Assembly: GCA_001643675.2 (NCBI GenBank)
Contig: LSRY02000033.1
Coordinates: forward strand, 496,001 to 560,000
From: Monocercomonoides exilis PA203
Taxonomy: Eukaryota > Protista > Preaxostyla
Length of the DNA: 64,000 bases
Direction: 5' to 3'
Shown here: positions 12,201 through 23,100 of the stretch, one piece after another
How positions within the stretch are numbered: the first letter of the stretch is position 1
Layout: each line of letters opens with the position of its first letter
Translations under genes and position numbers: made by a program
Notes under the pieces: generated by a model
The model's database searches: none
What the model was told of the DNA's origin: nothing
What the model saw: the letters and a program-made list of their open reading frames with translations, nothing else

Positions 12201-13403
12201 TCTCCATCACAACTTCTTTCTTTTCTTTCCACAACATTAACATCTTTCTTTGGAGTGGTTGCATCTGCTGTGAAGTTTACGTCTCCTGACGTCGTCACTG
12301 CTCTTGCGCAGCACAGAATGCACACGATTGAAGGAATGGACTATTCTCTTCTTCTTTCGCAAATGGAAGAACTTTTACAAAAGCCGTCAACAGACAGAGC
12401 TCAAATAAAGCTACTCTCAAAGTCAATACACTCCTTGCTCACAAAGCTGAAGGCGGCTGATCGGCAGCAATTTGTAAGCCATTCATTTCTCTCGGGCATT
12501 TCTTCTTTCACAGATTCAAAAAAGAAAGAAGACGAAGCATCTTCAAAGTTCTCATCTATTGAGCCATCAAGCACAATCAAACAGAACGACAAGCTGAATC
12601 TTGAGCAAGACCCGTTGCTTTCTGATTTATTTGTCCAGTTCTTCGACATCTTTCTTCTTCTGACAGAACAGCTCAACACAACTTATCATTCAGCTCGTTC
12701 TTCTTCTCACCCTGCTCCACTGTTGTCGTCATCTCCTCAAAACTCTTCTTTTTCTGCAACTGGGTCATCTTCTCCTTTCACGCCGATGTCATCTCCCATG
12801 TCGCCTTCTCCATCAACAGCAGCACAAGCATCTGAGATATTTTCTGCACTTTTCATTTCTTCAGACAATTCACCTTCGATTCTCCATATTTACTGCCACA
12901 TCCTGTCTCTCCTATCACTGCTGCCTGCCCAGCGAATACTTCCTCATCGCTCCTTGTTTTCGACCAGGCTATTTTCTCTTATTTCTCGCACTGTGGTATG
13001 CTGCTGCTCTTCAGTCACACAATTCTCAAGACCCTCTCATTCGCCTCTCACCACTTCTTCCACTGTTCTCATTTCATCTCCATCTGAATATCCCGAAGAA
13101 ACACCCGCATCCTCACAAAATGAGGATGCACAATCTTCATCACAACAGCGCCTAGTTGATCCACTTTCTTCTCCAGTCAAAGGAATAGAAACTATTCCTT
13201 CCTCTGTTTCAACAACTGAAATAAAAAATAGACTTCTTCAACCTTATATATCACCTTTCTCATTTGCTAATGAGACAATGGCTGCTTTTATTTTCCATGA
13301 TTTATTTGCGCTTTCATCTCTTCATCCGCTATCCTGTAAAAATTGCACATCTTCTCTTTTAAGTTATTGGGAAATTGTGAAGTCAATTCATAAATGCTCA
13401 TAA
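9240..13403 (+). CDS. Large hypothetical protein (alpha-helical with Ser-rich inserts); probably the 5' exon of a gene continuing to 19952
   Basis: About 1,390 uninterrupted codons from ATG 9240, with no recognisable domain. Phase-compatible small exons at 13511-13574 and 13704-13733 can link it to the next ORF. Confidence 0.75.
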   Translation: MDDLIEAFEELIRLKSGNFNKTLNFVYEDADSKSKLQDAECNFQIEKVLKFMDKYSDTLQTLQNANLNASLSEDCKKVLQQKMPESFNLQRNTNFLENCAISSNTNCYSLFTNLVNLLTRVLSLHLNYKSKCEMNLLSKTFQYLISLSLEKFKDFEQVAHLNQFFAITNNILQCMKLHQNEIHFQTFSLHLLNSFLPYVTQALDGQQQEDSPENIEGNKIFCEIADEILNFITKPSAQWTTFEGKIYLFHMCKFLNLAPRILLESSTIIDALVKRLFIISQRNYDNERKNTNASKPLEIGQSQQIHSSDCTPQQLVNIFLAPKFLNDSLQIDVGKCIFRCFSLMPCSLCNQIFYNAESKMTEQTSSSCPKKSLTVNKMQHCEAVQPPQALLQLSDDEFKESTVDLRVIRAFSMHSILLLFHTLRTLKEQKIELASERVMQGDNSSGASSVEASSMANCSSSSNADLANLIVALRRMLHLSRGNRQKTTCLLQLCLTLVDAAVGTLNMWRASYISCEEDKKRKEEEKEEEASGSSKATEIKTQQEDGHEKNSENDEKFVQTGKITDLDSPHLPLLDNKVATFTRNAFSPTLAKFAQEVAFSVEHAVFDASDYPTSQSSFASSASLSSPSAFRSDCGTTSSPSDLLFISSSASSVLYSTKPHEISAEAIVSLSTFLQSLMGIFFEMRASPSLIDTRVSYAIFALCSAVIRTAAPIVLRFDHPQISNGDSKVLISQSNLERLNKNLTDKNANSDEKCSDEEKMNEKQGNTKTVTECSSFQADFQRVSGAFFNLLSESKVLIRSILSNVPKKSFADVLLPSLFDGTKCFSIGKKILNMPNVFSIPESRQPSAFSTKYASSSTDNSDSTKSFISFESLKSASATNPLMFPMFFHESCLSLRDRYIYRNSLCDVFSFVRSFLSLTIPQSHQSAHSFSSTIANTKLSIPNSTSEDLLSTPPSNSSLSQISSSSSTPGSASSLSSFSSSSTSTSLSPSQLLSFLSTTLTSFFGVVASAVKFTSPDVVTALAQHRMHTIEGMDYSLLLSQMEELLQKPSTDRAQIKLLSKSIHSLLTKLKAADRQQFVSHSFLSGISSFTDSKKKEDEASSKFSSIEPSSTIKQNDKLNLEQDPLLSDLFVQFFDIFLLLTEQLNTTYHSARSSSHPAPLLSSSPQNSSFSATGSSSPFTPMSSPMSPSPSTAAQASEIFSALFISSDNSPSILHIYCHILSLLSLLPAQRILPHRSLFSTRLFSLISRTVVCCCSSVTQFSRPSHSPLTTSSTVLISSPSEYPEETPASSQNEDAQSSSQQRLVDPLSSPVKGIETIPSSVSTTEIKNRLLQPYISPFSFANETMAAFIFHDLFALSSLHPLSCKNCTSSLLSYWEIVKSIHKCS

Positions 13404-13510
13404 TTGTATTTTAACACTTAAAAATTTTTATTTGAATATATATATTAAAATTATGACATAAATATGACATTTATTCATATTTGGATTTTGCTTTTTTATT
13501 AAAAATCAAG

Positions 13511-16500
13511 TACCATCATTTAGATATGAAAATTCAATGATAAATTACATTCGCTTATTTCTGGCTCATAAACGGTTTAATTTATTGTTTAACGGATTTA
13601 TCCTCATTTATTTATAATTTTAAAACTTTTTGTTGGTTTATTTTTTGAACTATTTCTGGTTGTTGTGCGATGTGATTAAACTGAATAAATTAAATTTTTT
13701 CAGTAAACAAAGCGACCAATCTCATGAGATGAGGTTTATTATTATTTGATATGAATTATTCTTTCAAGCTTTTCATTTTATTTTGAAATCGTTTGCCATA
13801 TTAGAGGAAGAATTTCAAAAGTGGCATCTTTGTTTTTTCCGTTTCCTTTGTCTCTTCCACAGTCAATTGGGCTCTATCCTGTTTTGACTCAAGAGGAATA
13901 CAATTTGCTTCCAAAAGATCAACCACTTGCAGCTCTTGAACGAGAAATAAACGATTTTCGTATTGGAGTGATTTCATTCTTCAGATCCTTTTTTATTCAA
14001 CCAGAATTTCAAAATCCCCATGACGATCCTCTTCCAGATGCAATTTCATCAAGATTTTTCAACCAGGTGTTGGTCCTTCTTCAGCCTCATATGAAAAATC
14101 CACACAATTCATCGCTTCTTTTTAGTCATTTAGTGACTCATTCAATGGTTTATCCTTCACCACTTATTTCAAGTTGCTTCACTCAAGAACTGCAGGTTCA
14201 TGATGCTTTGCATCAAAGCAACAAAGAGAGTTATGGATCTACATCATTTCGCTCTTCAATAGCTTCTCTAAAACCTCATAATCCTCATCTTCTTGCCTAT
14301 CAGGCTTCTTCGCATTCGCTTAGATCTCATTATGACAACTCTCGTATCACGTCATATGAACAAAGTTCAATCACTTCACAAGCATCACTTCGCACTTCAG
14401 TGCCGGCATTGCCACTTCCATCAAGCGCAGAGTCTTCATTTCGCAGCGCAAAACGAGCCATTTCATCATCTCACAGATCTTCATTACAAACCACTTCAAT
14501 AAATTCCAGGCAATCTTCATCACGATCACCTCATTCTTCTCCTTCTGCTTCTCTTTCACGTAGACGACATCCTCGTGCTTCATCAGCACCGAGAATTCGA
14601 TCATCTTCAGCAAGGAGAAGTGATTTCGCTAATTCCAACGATTCACATCGACGCACTTCGTTGACGAATGATCTAGAGAATGAACTGCTGGAAACACAGG
14701 AAAGAACCAATCGGTGCGTGGCGTCTGCTTTTTCAGGCAGTTTTTCGAAAATGCTTTCATCTTCTCGCTCTTCTTCATCTCGTGCAAACGGGGCTGCACA
14801 TTCAGCTCGAAATCGTCCTCAGACGACTAGTTCTTATCTCACACAGCACGCAGCCTTAAATGAGCAGAACAGAAACAATAAACATATCGATGAAAAGGGG
14901 GATCCGTCCGTTTTTGAAGAAGCAGCAATGCAAAGAAGTGTGAGCCAAAGGAAAGAGCGCCCTCGTCCTTCAAGTTTTTTCGAAAGACGAGAGAAAATCG
15001 AGAAAGAACAGGAAGACGAAGTGGAACAGGGCAAATACAGATATGGCTCTGCTGACTATGATTGCAGTGATGATGAATGGCAACAGGGAAGAGGAGATAA
15101 TGAAGAAGATGATGATGAAGCTTTTCGCAACAAAATCAGCTCTATTGGCCAGGCAAATCGCAAAGATTCAAACTTATCCAACAACGATTATATTTCTGCA
15201 TTCAACCGACAAGAAGAGCCTGACAACCAGTCGCTCGAAAGTGCACTTTATTACGAAGACGAGGACGGAGCCAGCGACGATGACGACTTCAACTGGGAAT
15301 TGCTGCCAAGAAAGGGAAGCCGAGGAGAAAGGGCAACAGAAATTGAACAGCTGAAAAGAGTTCAACGCGGCTCAAAAAGACCAAAGGGAAGAGCAGCATC
15401 AGTCTCTTCGAACAAACAGACACAGACTCCAAAGCTGTCGCGATGCAAGAAAAAGGAGAAGACGAAGAGTAAACAAAAAGAAAGTGCAACACAAAGGACA
15501 AAGCAGAGGGAGCCTCAGACAATCAAAGAGTTGGTTGAGCAATACAAACAGCGTGCTGCATCAGCTCCGCGTTCGCTTCTACTGAAAAGGCCAGCAACCA
15601 GCCGTCAAACATCTTCTCGTGCGTCATCAGCTCGCCGGCAGCCGCAGAATGCAACACATGCTGCTCCAAATGAACGAGCAAAAGGAAGACCTCGTCCGTC
15701 TTCTCAGTTGAGTGGGAGTTCACGCCCAGTTACTGGACGAAGACAAGAGTTTCACTCATCATCAACATCTTCATCCTCCTCTTCATCTTCTACTGCTTCT
15801 TCCATTTCATCGCCTCAAGCCACTTCATTCCCATCCAACGGCATTTCATCACGTCCACGTCCCCGCTCGTCTGCTCGCAAACTCCAAAGCACATCATCCC
15901 AACCTTCTTCATCCTCAATCAACACTTCATCTGAACACACACACAACTTATCTCGTCAAAGCACTTCACATCATCGACCTGAAAGCTCTCCTCGTTTGCA
16001 GTCGCGGAAAGCAATTACTCGCGCTTCATCTTTATCACCCGATTCATCCACAGCACATCACAATACATCTCATCCTTCCATTCCTCCATCCTCCTCTCGT
16101 TCGTCTTCTTCATTCTCTGTTCAGAAGCCTTCGATTCTGCAATCATCTGCCTTCCTCGCCTCACATGGCATCTCCCATTCACCATCCAACATGGCTCTGG
16201 CTGTTCTTGAGCAGCAGCAGCGCAAGAAGCGTGTGCAGCAGCTTGCTCAGATGGACGCTGCTGCCTTTGAGGCTGCACAGAGAGAAGCAATCAACGAAGA
16301 GAAGACGCTTCTATTCTTTCTTTCGCAGACAGCGCTGCATCAGCAGATGAACACAAATGTCTTCTCGTCGTATGCCGCGCTGCAGTGCAACTACATCATC
16401 CGCTCCCATTTCTCAGAGTTCCTCTCACTTTTCTCAGATGCTGTCAAGAATGCCCATCGTGCTCTGCATCGCCCGTCTCATATGAAGTTGACTTCTCCTT

Positions 16501-19500
16501 CATCTGCTTCCTCACCGTCTGCAATGTCATCTTCTCCACATTCACAGACACATTCAATGTTCGCATCGAGAGAAAGACAGAGAAATAACGAATGGATGAC
16601 ATCCATGCAAAATCAAGGCAGATGGATGAAGTCTCCAACTCGGAATGAAAGTTGGCGACAGTATTTTCCTTCTTCTGGGTTGACTTCTTCGACATCCCCT
16701 TCATCATCGTCTTATTATCCTTTTGCCTCTCCATTTTTCCCACCATCCTCTTTAACTTCGTTGTATCTCCAGCCACATCCTCTTCTTCCTCTACCAGAAG
16801 CAGCAGTCGTGGCATCAAAGTCATTACGTGAGTACACCACCCAGCCAATGCTCTCAACTTCTTCCCTTCCTCTACATTTGAAGCAGCGACTTGCCATTCG
16901 CTTCATTGCAGACACGCGAAACCGATTAGCAAGAATTGCAGAAAGCAACGATGCGATCAGACGGGCAGAAGAGATCAACAGAGAAAGCAGGCTATTCACG
17001 GATCTTGTGGCGCAGTTTTTTGAGGAAAAAAATAGAGGAGCAAGCCAGCAGCATACAAACATCAGCAAACAGATTCATCATCAGACAGGAGGAAGTGTTA
17101 TTGGAGAGCAAGGATGGCAGAACAAGAACAAAGAAGCAAGGAGATACGGGTGGAATGAGGAGAAAAGCGGATACAGCAGCAGTCCAACAGACTCATTCTC
17201 AGCAGGAAATTCAGTTTATGAAGCAGATCCGAACGATCAAAACAGCAGTGAAGAAGATCTCAATGGAAAGTTAATTGCAGATCTGGGCTTTGAACCACCT
17301 CCAAGCACACCAGAAACGAACCATGCAGCAACTGTGATCCAAACAGCTGTTCGAGGGTATTTGTGCCGCTTGAAGCGGAAACGAAGGCAGTTCCACACGA
17401 ACCGGCGGAAGGAGAAAGCCAAGCGGCGCATGTGGATGGACCGGATGGCGCTGCAGCAGGTGATTCAGCCGTCGTTTGAGGAGAAAGCGCTGATGCGCGA
17501 TGTGGTTGGGTCTGTTGCTGTGGTCATGGGGAGAGTGGGCGCCGAATCGAGAAAGCTGATTGAGGAGAAAAGGAAACGAATACTCAGCGCTATGCCTTCG
17601 GTGGCAAGGCACCATCTGATAAACAAGATGAAGAACACACAGAGAAAGGATAGCAATGAATTGGCAGATGGGAAAGCAAGCAGCACAACACCCCAAAGAC
17701 CCCCATCGATGGCTGCGTATGTCATGTTGGGGATCAATTCCCGCACTCAAACTTCTGCTGCTGGTCAGCACTCAAGAGCTCCTTCTCCGCTGCTTCCTCA
17801 GTCGCTTTTTCCTGCTCCTCTTCTGTCAAATCAAACTATTTCTCCATCGTTCCCAACTTTTGCTGCTCAAAAGAAAACTATTCCATCGCTAAATTTGCAG
17901 CCTGTTCCATCATCCTCCTCTCCACTGCCTTCTCCACTCTCCACCACCTCCTCCATCGCTGCCTCAAACTTCCCATCTGCCGCCCAGTCGCGCACATCCT
18001 CAGTCTTCAGCAACACAACCGGCCGGCCAGCGTTTGCATCTGAGTATCACAGCATCTCCCTGCCTCTTCCACCGCAGTGGGTGCCGCAGATGGACCCAAT
18101 GACAGGAAGGCAGTTCTTCATGAACACCCGCACAGGCGAGGAATCAACCGTGCATCCACAAATCACAGCCATCTGCAATGATGTGGAGAAGAAGCTGAAC
18201 GAGTCGCAGGAGGAAGAGGAGCGGATGAGGGAGATGGTGTACCGCTTTATGGATGTGCTGCGGCGCGATGCGATCGACAGGATGCACCAATGCGATGACA
18301 GGTCTCTGCTGTTTGCGTGTTTGCAGGAAAAACGAAGGCTGGTGGATGCGTTCTGCAGGCTGCGCAACATTGTGCATGAGACACACGACAAGTCGGATCT
18401 GTCGGACTTCTCGTTCTTCTCAGACATTGTAGAGATGAAGGAGATTCTATCTCCACCTGAAGCTGTGGAGAGACAAAGAGAAAAGAGAGAGAAGAGAGAG
18501 ATGTTTTGGCTAAAGGTCTCAAAAGTGCTGCTGCCAACAGACACATCTGAAGCAGCAGTGGAGCGAAGGAAGAAGCGATTAGAGAACAAAAAGAAGAAGA
18601 AAGCGCAGTCTACAAATGCGCTCGGGCAATCATCTCCAAATCAGTCAGGCAATCCATTTGACGAGCCTGGAGACCCATTTTCAGTCGATGGTGGCTCTTC
18701 ATCCTCCTCCTCTTCTTCTGTTCCACCTCCCATCAACCTTTCGTTCTTCGAAGTGCCAGATGCCGGGGGATCTTCTCCGTCTGGTTCGTTTCATTCACAA
18801 AATTCGCCTATGTCACCGCAGAGTCCATCTTCTCCAACTGCTCAATACTTTCCAGAAACACCACGCTCTCCTCCACAAAGTACGTCTGATAACCTTCAGA
18901 CAGGAACGCAATATACTCTTTCTTCTGTTCCGCCCTCTCCAACATCTCCTCCATCACCCAGTGGAATGTCAGTCAGCTCCATTCCAGGCACAAACGCATT
19001 TATTCCTCCGTCTCCTCCTCCTCTTCTGGAGGATTCATTTGACTCAACACGCTCTCCTCCTTCTCCTGTTGTTGTGGTATATCCACCCACACCTCCTTCT
19101 CCAGCTGCCTCTCCGAGCGCTCCTTTGCTGCAATCCTCTACCTCTGCCACCCTTCCTATCAGCACTTCCCCACCTCGATCACCCACTCCTTCCTCCAACA
19201 CTCCAGCATCCCCTGCTCTTGATGAGCAGGTTCCTTATTCCTTTCATTCTCCTCCAATGGAGTACAACGACGACTCTCCTGGCTCGCCTCCTTCACCTGT
19301 TGTGTTTGAATACCCAGAGCCCTCTCCGGACGAAGAGCAAGAGACTGAGCAGCAGGTTGCTTTTGAGAATCCACCAGAATTGCAGTCTGTTCATTCATCT
19401 GGTGATATCCGTGCTTCTGACGCTTCGCAGGAGCAGTTGGCACAATCACAAATAGAGATCTCGTTGAACATACCGGAAACTGATTTTTTGAAACTGGATG

Positions 19501-19952
19501 AAGAAGAGGAAGAAGGAGGAGGGGAGGCATTTGAAATTGCACCAGACAAAGCATTCAATGAAGTTGCAGAACAAAACTGGGATAAGAACAGAATTGTTCC
19601 AAAGGAAGAAGAAGAAAATAGCAATGAGTCAGTCTTGGAGCGGGATGATACAGTGAAGATGGATTTGCATGAGTACTTGTCACGCTCAGCTACACTATCT
19701 CAGCGTTCTATTAGAAGCGTGCGCCAGTTTGATGATGATGATGATTACGATGATATTCATAACATGAGCAGCTTTGGAAATGATGAAAGCGACAATGAAT
19801 ATTCAGAACAATTAAATATAGACGACGATGATGATGATACGTCGACTCTTGATGGAAATATTAGAGGAGCAGATTTTTCGGATGAAAATCAAAGCCTGGA
19901 CGAAATAAACGTTGGATTAAATTGGAAAGAAATCCAACCGGAAGATAACTAA
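13511..19952 (+). CDS. Large Ser/Pro-rich protein with an IQ calmodulin-binding motif and a WW domain
   Basis: 2043-codon ORF entered by splicing at 13805. IQ motif HAATVIQTAVRGYLCR at ~17322-17369; WW-like LPPQWVPQMDPMTGRQFFMNTRTGEESTVHP at ~18057-18160; acidic C-terminus. Confidence 0.82.
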
Positions 19953-20157
19953 TAAAATTTGTATATATGTTCTTTAAATTTTTAAGTTATTAGAAGCGTT
20001 AATTTTTTTAAATGAATAATTGTGTTATTTTAGTGATTTTTTAGTTTTGTATTGAGATTATATTGTTTGTATTCTTGGTCTTGATCTTGTTTGATCAAAG
20101 ATTACATCAATTCACTGCTATCTCTTTAAATAGAAACATAATAATTATAGCAAGTGA

Positions 20158-23100
20158 ATGGTATGCAATTTTTTATTGAATCTACAAAATTTGCAATTTA
20201 TGAAACTTTTTTCTGTTTCAGGCATCTGCTTCCTCATCAGGAGGAAATGTCAAGGTTCTTTGTAGGTTCAGACCTTTAAATACACTTGAAATTTCTAAAG
20301 GTGGAACAATATGTGTTGACCTTGCTCCTGACAATCGCAATGTGAGATTAAAGGTTTTCACCTTTTTTCTTTTAAACATTTTTCAATTTTTATTCTAATT
20401 TTCCATAAACAAAACAATTCAATTGCAGATTGCTGGAGGCGATAAAGATTTTACATACGATCATATATTTCCAATTGAAATCACGCAATCAGAAGTATAT
20501 GATGTTTCAGCAAAGGCGATTATTGAAGGTTTAAAATTTTTTGTTGTTTTCTTTTCATGCTCACACTCGATTTTTATAGATGTTTTGAATGGAATTAATG
20601 GAACAGTTCTGGCATATGGTCAGACTTCATCAGGGAAAACATTCACTATGATGGTATGTTTTTTTTAAAATAAACTTTTTAATGAAGAATATTTATTTTA
20701 AAATCTTCAAATTTTCTTTTCTAGGGTCCGGACAATTACAATGAAGCTTCAGCTGGTATTGTTCCTCGAATGATTTCACAGCTTTTTGCTGCGATATCTC
20801 ATGCATCGCGTGAGCTTGAGTTCACTGTAAAAGTGAGTTATATCGAAATTTATATGGAAAGAATTTTGGATCTTTTAGATCGTGTGCTACTTTCTTAATA
20901 AAACATTTTTTATATTTTCCTTACTAAATATTCGACTATTAGCGTCAAAGGGAAGCTTAGATATCCACGAAAGTGTTGAAAGGGGTATATATGTTGCAGG
21001 ATGTACAGAAGTGTTCTGTTCAAATCCATTGGAATTTATGGAACTTCTGAAAAGAGGAGACCAAGGAAGAAAAACAGCTGCTACAGGTTTTCTAAACAGA
21101 ATTTATTTAACACTTTTTAAAGAATGATTCATTCATGAAAAAAATTTTTTTCTCAAATCTCACGATTATTCCATTTATCTATCAATTTTGTAACCTTATT
21201 TGTAATTTCACATTAGGAATGAACGAGCGGTCATCTCGTTCGCACAGTGTGTTTATGGTGACAGTGCAGCAGAAGAATGTGATCAACGGTGCAGTCAAAA
21301 CAGGAAGGCTGTATCTGGTTGATCTTGCTGGTTCAGAGAAAATCGCTCAATCAGGTGCAGAAGGGCAGACACTCGAAGAGGCTAAGCGTATCAACCAAAG
21401 TCTTTCAGGCAATAACTTAGCTTTTTATTCAGAAATTATATTTTTTTATTTTATTATTTTTATTTGATATTATTCTCAATTGGCATATCATTTCTGTTAT
21501 ATCTTCCCTTCTAAAGCACTTGGAAACGTGATCAATGCACTCACTGACCCGAAAGTGAAGCACATCCCCTATCGTGACTCCAAACTGACGCGTATGCTGC
21601 AGGAGACGTTTGGAGGCAACAGTCGCACCGTTCTCATCATCTGCTGCTCTGCTTCAGACACAAACTCAGCCGAAACCCTCTCCACTCTGCAGTTCGGGCA
21701 GCGGGCGAAGAAAGTGAAGAACGAGGTGCGAGTGAATGTGGAGCTGTCGGTGGTGGAGCTGCGGAAGCTTTTAGAGAAAGCGCAGAGGGAGATTGTGTCG
21801 CTGAAGAGCCAGCTGCAAATGGCAGAGCTGGAGCTGTCGCTGTTCCAGGCAGCCAGCGAGAACGAAGGCGGACAGCCAGACGAGGCAACGATGGCGCGCA
21901 TAAGAGAGCTGAGGGAGAACAGGAGGAGGAAAGCAGCAGAGACGGGCACGTCGTCAGCGGGGGGAGGGATTATGGGCGGGGGAGGAGGAGGAGATGATGA
22001 AGAGGATGAGGAGGAGATGCTGTCAGGGCCAGCAGGGATGTTGAGGCAGCTGAGGAAGATGAAGAACCGGATGAAAGAACTGGAGGAGGACAAGATCAAA
22101 TATGAAGATCTGAAGAAGGAGATGCGGGAGCTGCAAATGGCGAAGGACAACATGTTAGACGAGCTGGAGAATGCAGAAGAGCAGGCTATGAACTATCCAG
22201 AGCTGAAGAAGCGGTATGAGGAGCTCACACAAGAACACGCTGGTGCTGCTGACCGGATAAAAGGGCTGAGTGACAACAATGACGAGCTGCGGAGGCAGCT
22301 CAGCCAGAGCGAAGGGCAAAAAGCAGCGCTGGAGAAGAAAGTGAAGGAGCTGATCACAATCATGGGGGCGAATCTGAACGACAAGGCAGTGACAGCTGCA
22401 CTGCTGAAGGAGAAGAAACGGCAGGCAGCGCTTTCGGCACAGTCTTCTGGTGCTGCGGGTGCTCAAAGCAAAACAGGAAAAGCAGACACTTCTGCTTCTA
22501 CGTCTGCCTCTGCTTCTTCATCTGCTTCCTCTTCTGCTTCTGCTTCATCATCCTCAAAGCCATCTGCCTCCAAAGCCGAAGCAGAACAAGATCCCTATCT
22601 GGCATCGCCAATGATGCAGTCAATGGACCGGGCGCTGATTCTGTCGCGTCGCACGTTCATGAAGAAATACAGTTCGAAGGATGTTCAGACAGAGCAATCA
22701 GCAGTGCTGTTGAACCCTCTCTATGACGAGAGAGCGAAAGAGGCGCTGCAGATCAAAGAGAACTTTGAGACGAAGGGAGAGGCGGGTGTGTTGGATGAAG
22801 AAGATAATGATGATAAAGACAATACATTGATTAAATCTGGCAGTTCAACAGGAGAAGCCAAGAAGGATGGGGAAGAAGGGAAAGAGGAGAAAGAGGAAGG
22901 AAAGCTGACTGAAGTGCCTGTGAGTGAGGCAGCGCTGCTGAAGAAGAAGAGGCAGCGAGATTATCTGAGCCCGTTCTTTGCCCTCACATCTGGTTGTCGT
23001 TGTGCCTGGATCTCAGGCAAAGAGCGTTCAGACCGAACATTTGCGCCTTCTTCTTCTTCTTCTTCAGCAACTGGCAGACTGAAGGAGAAGAAAGACGCAA

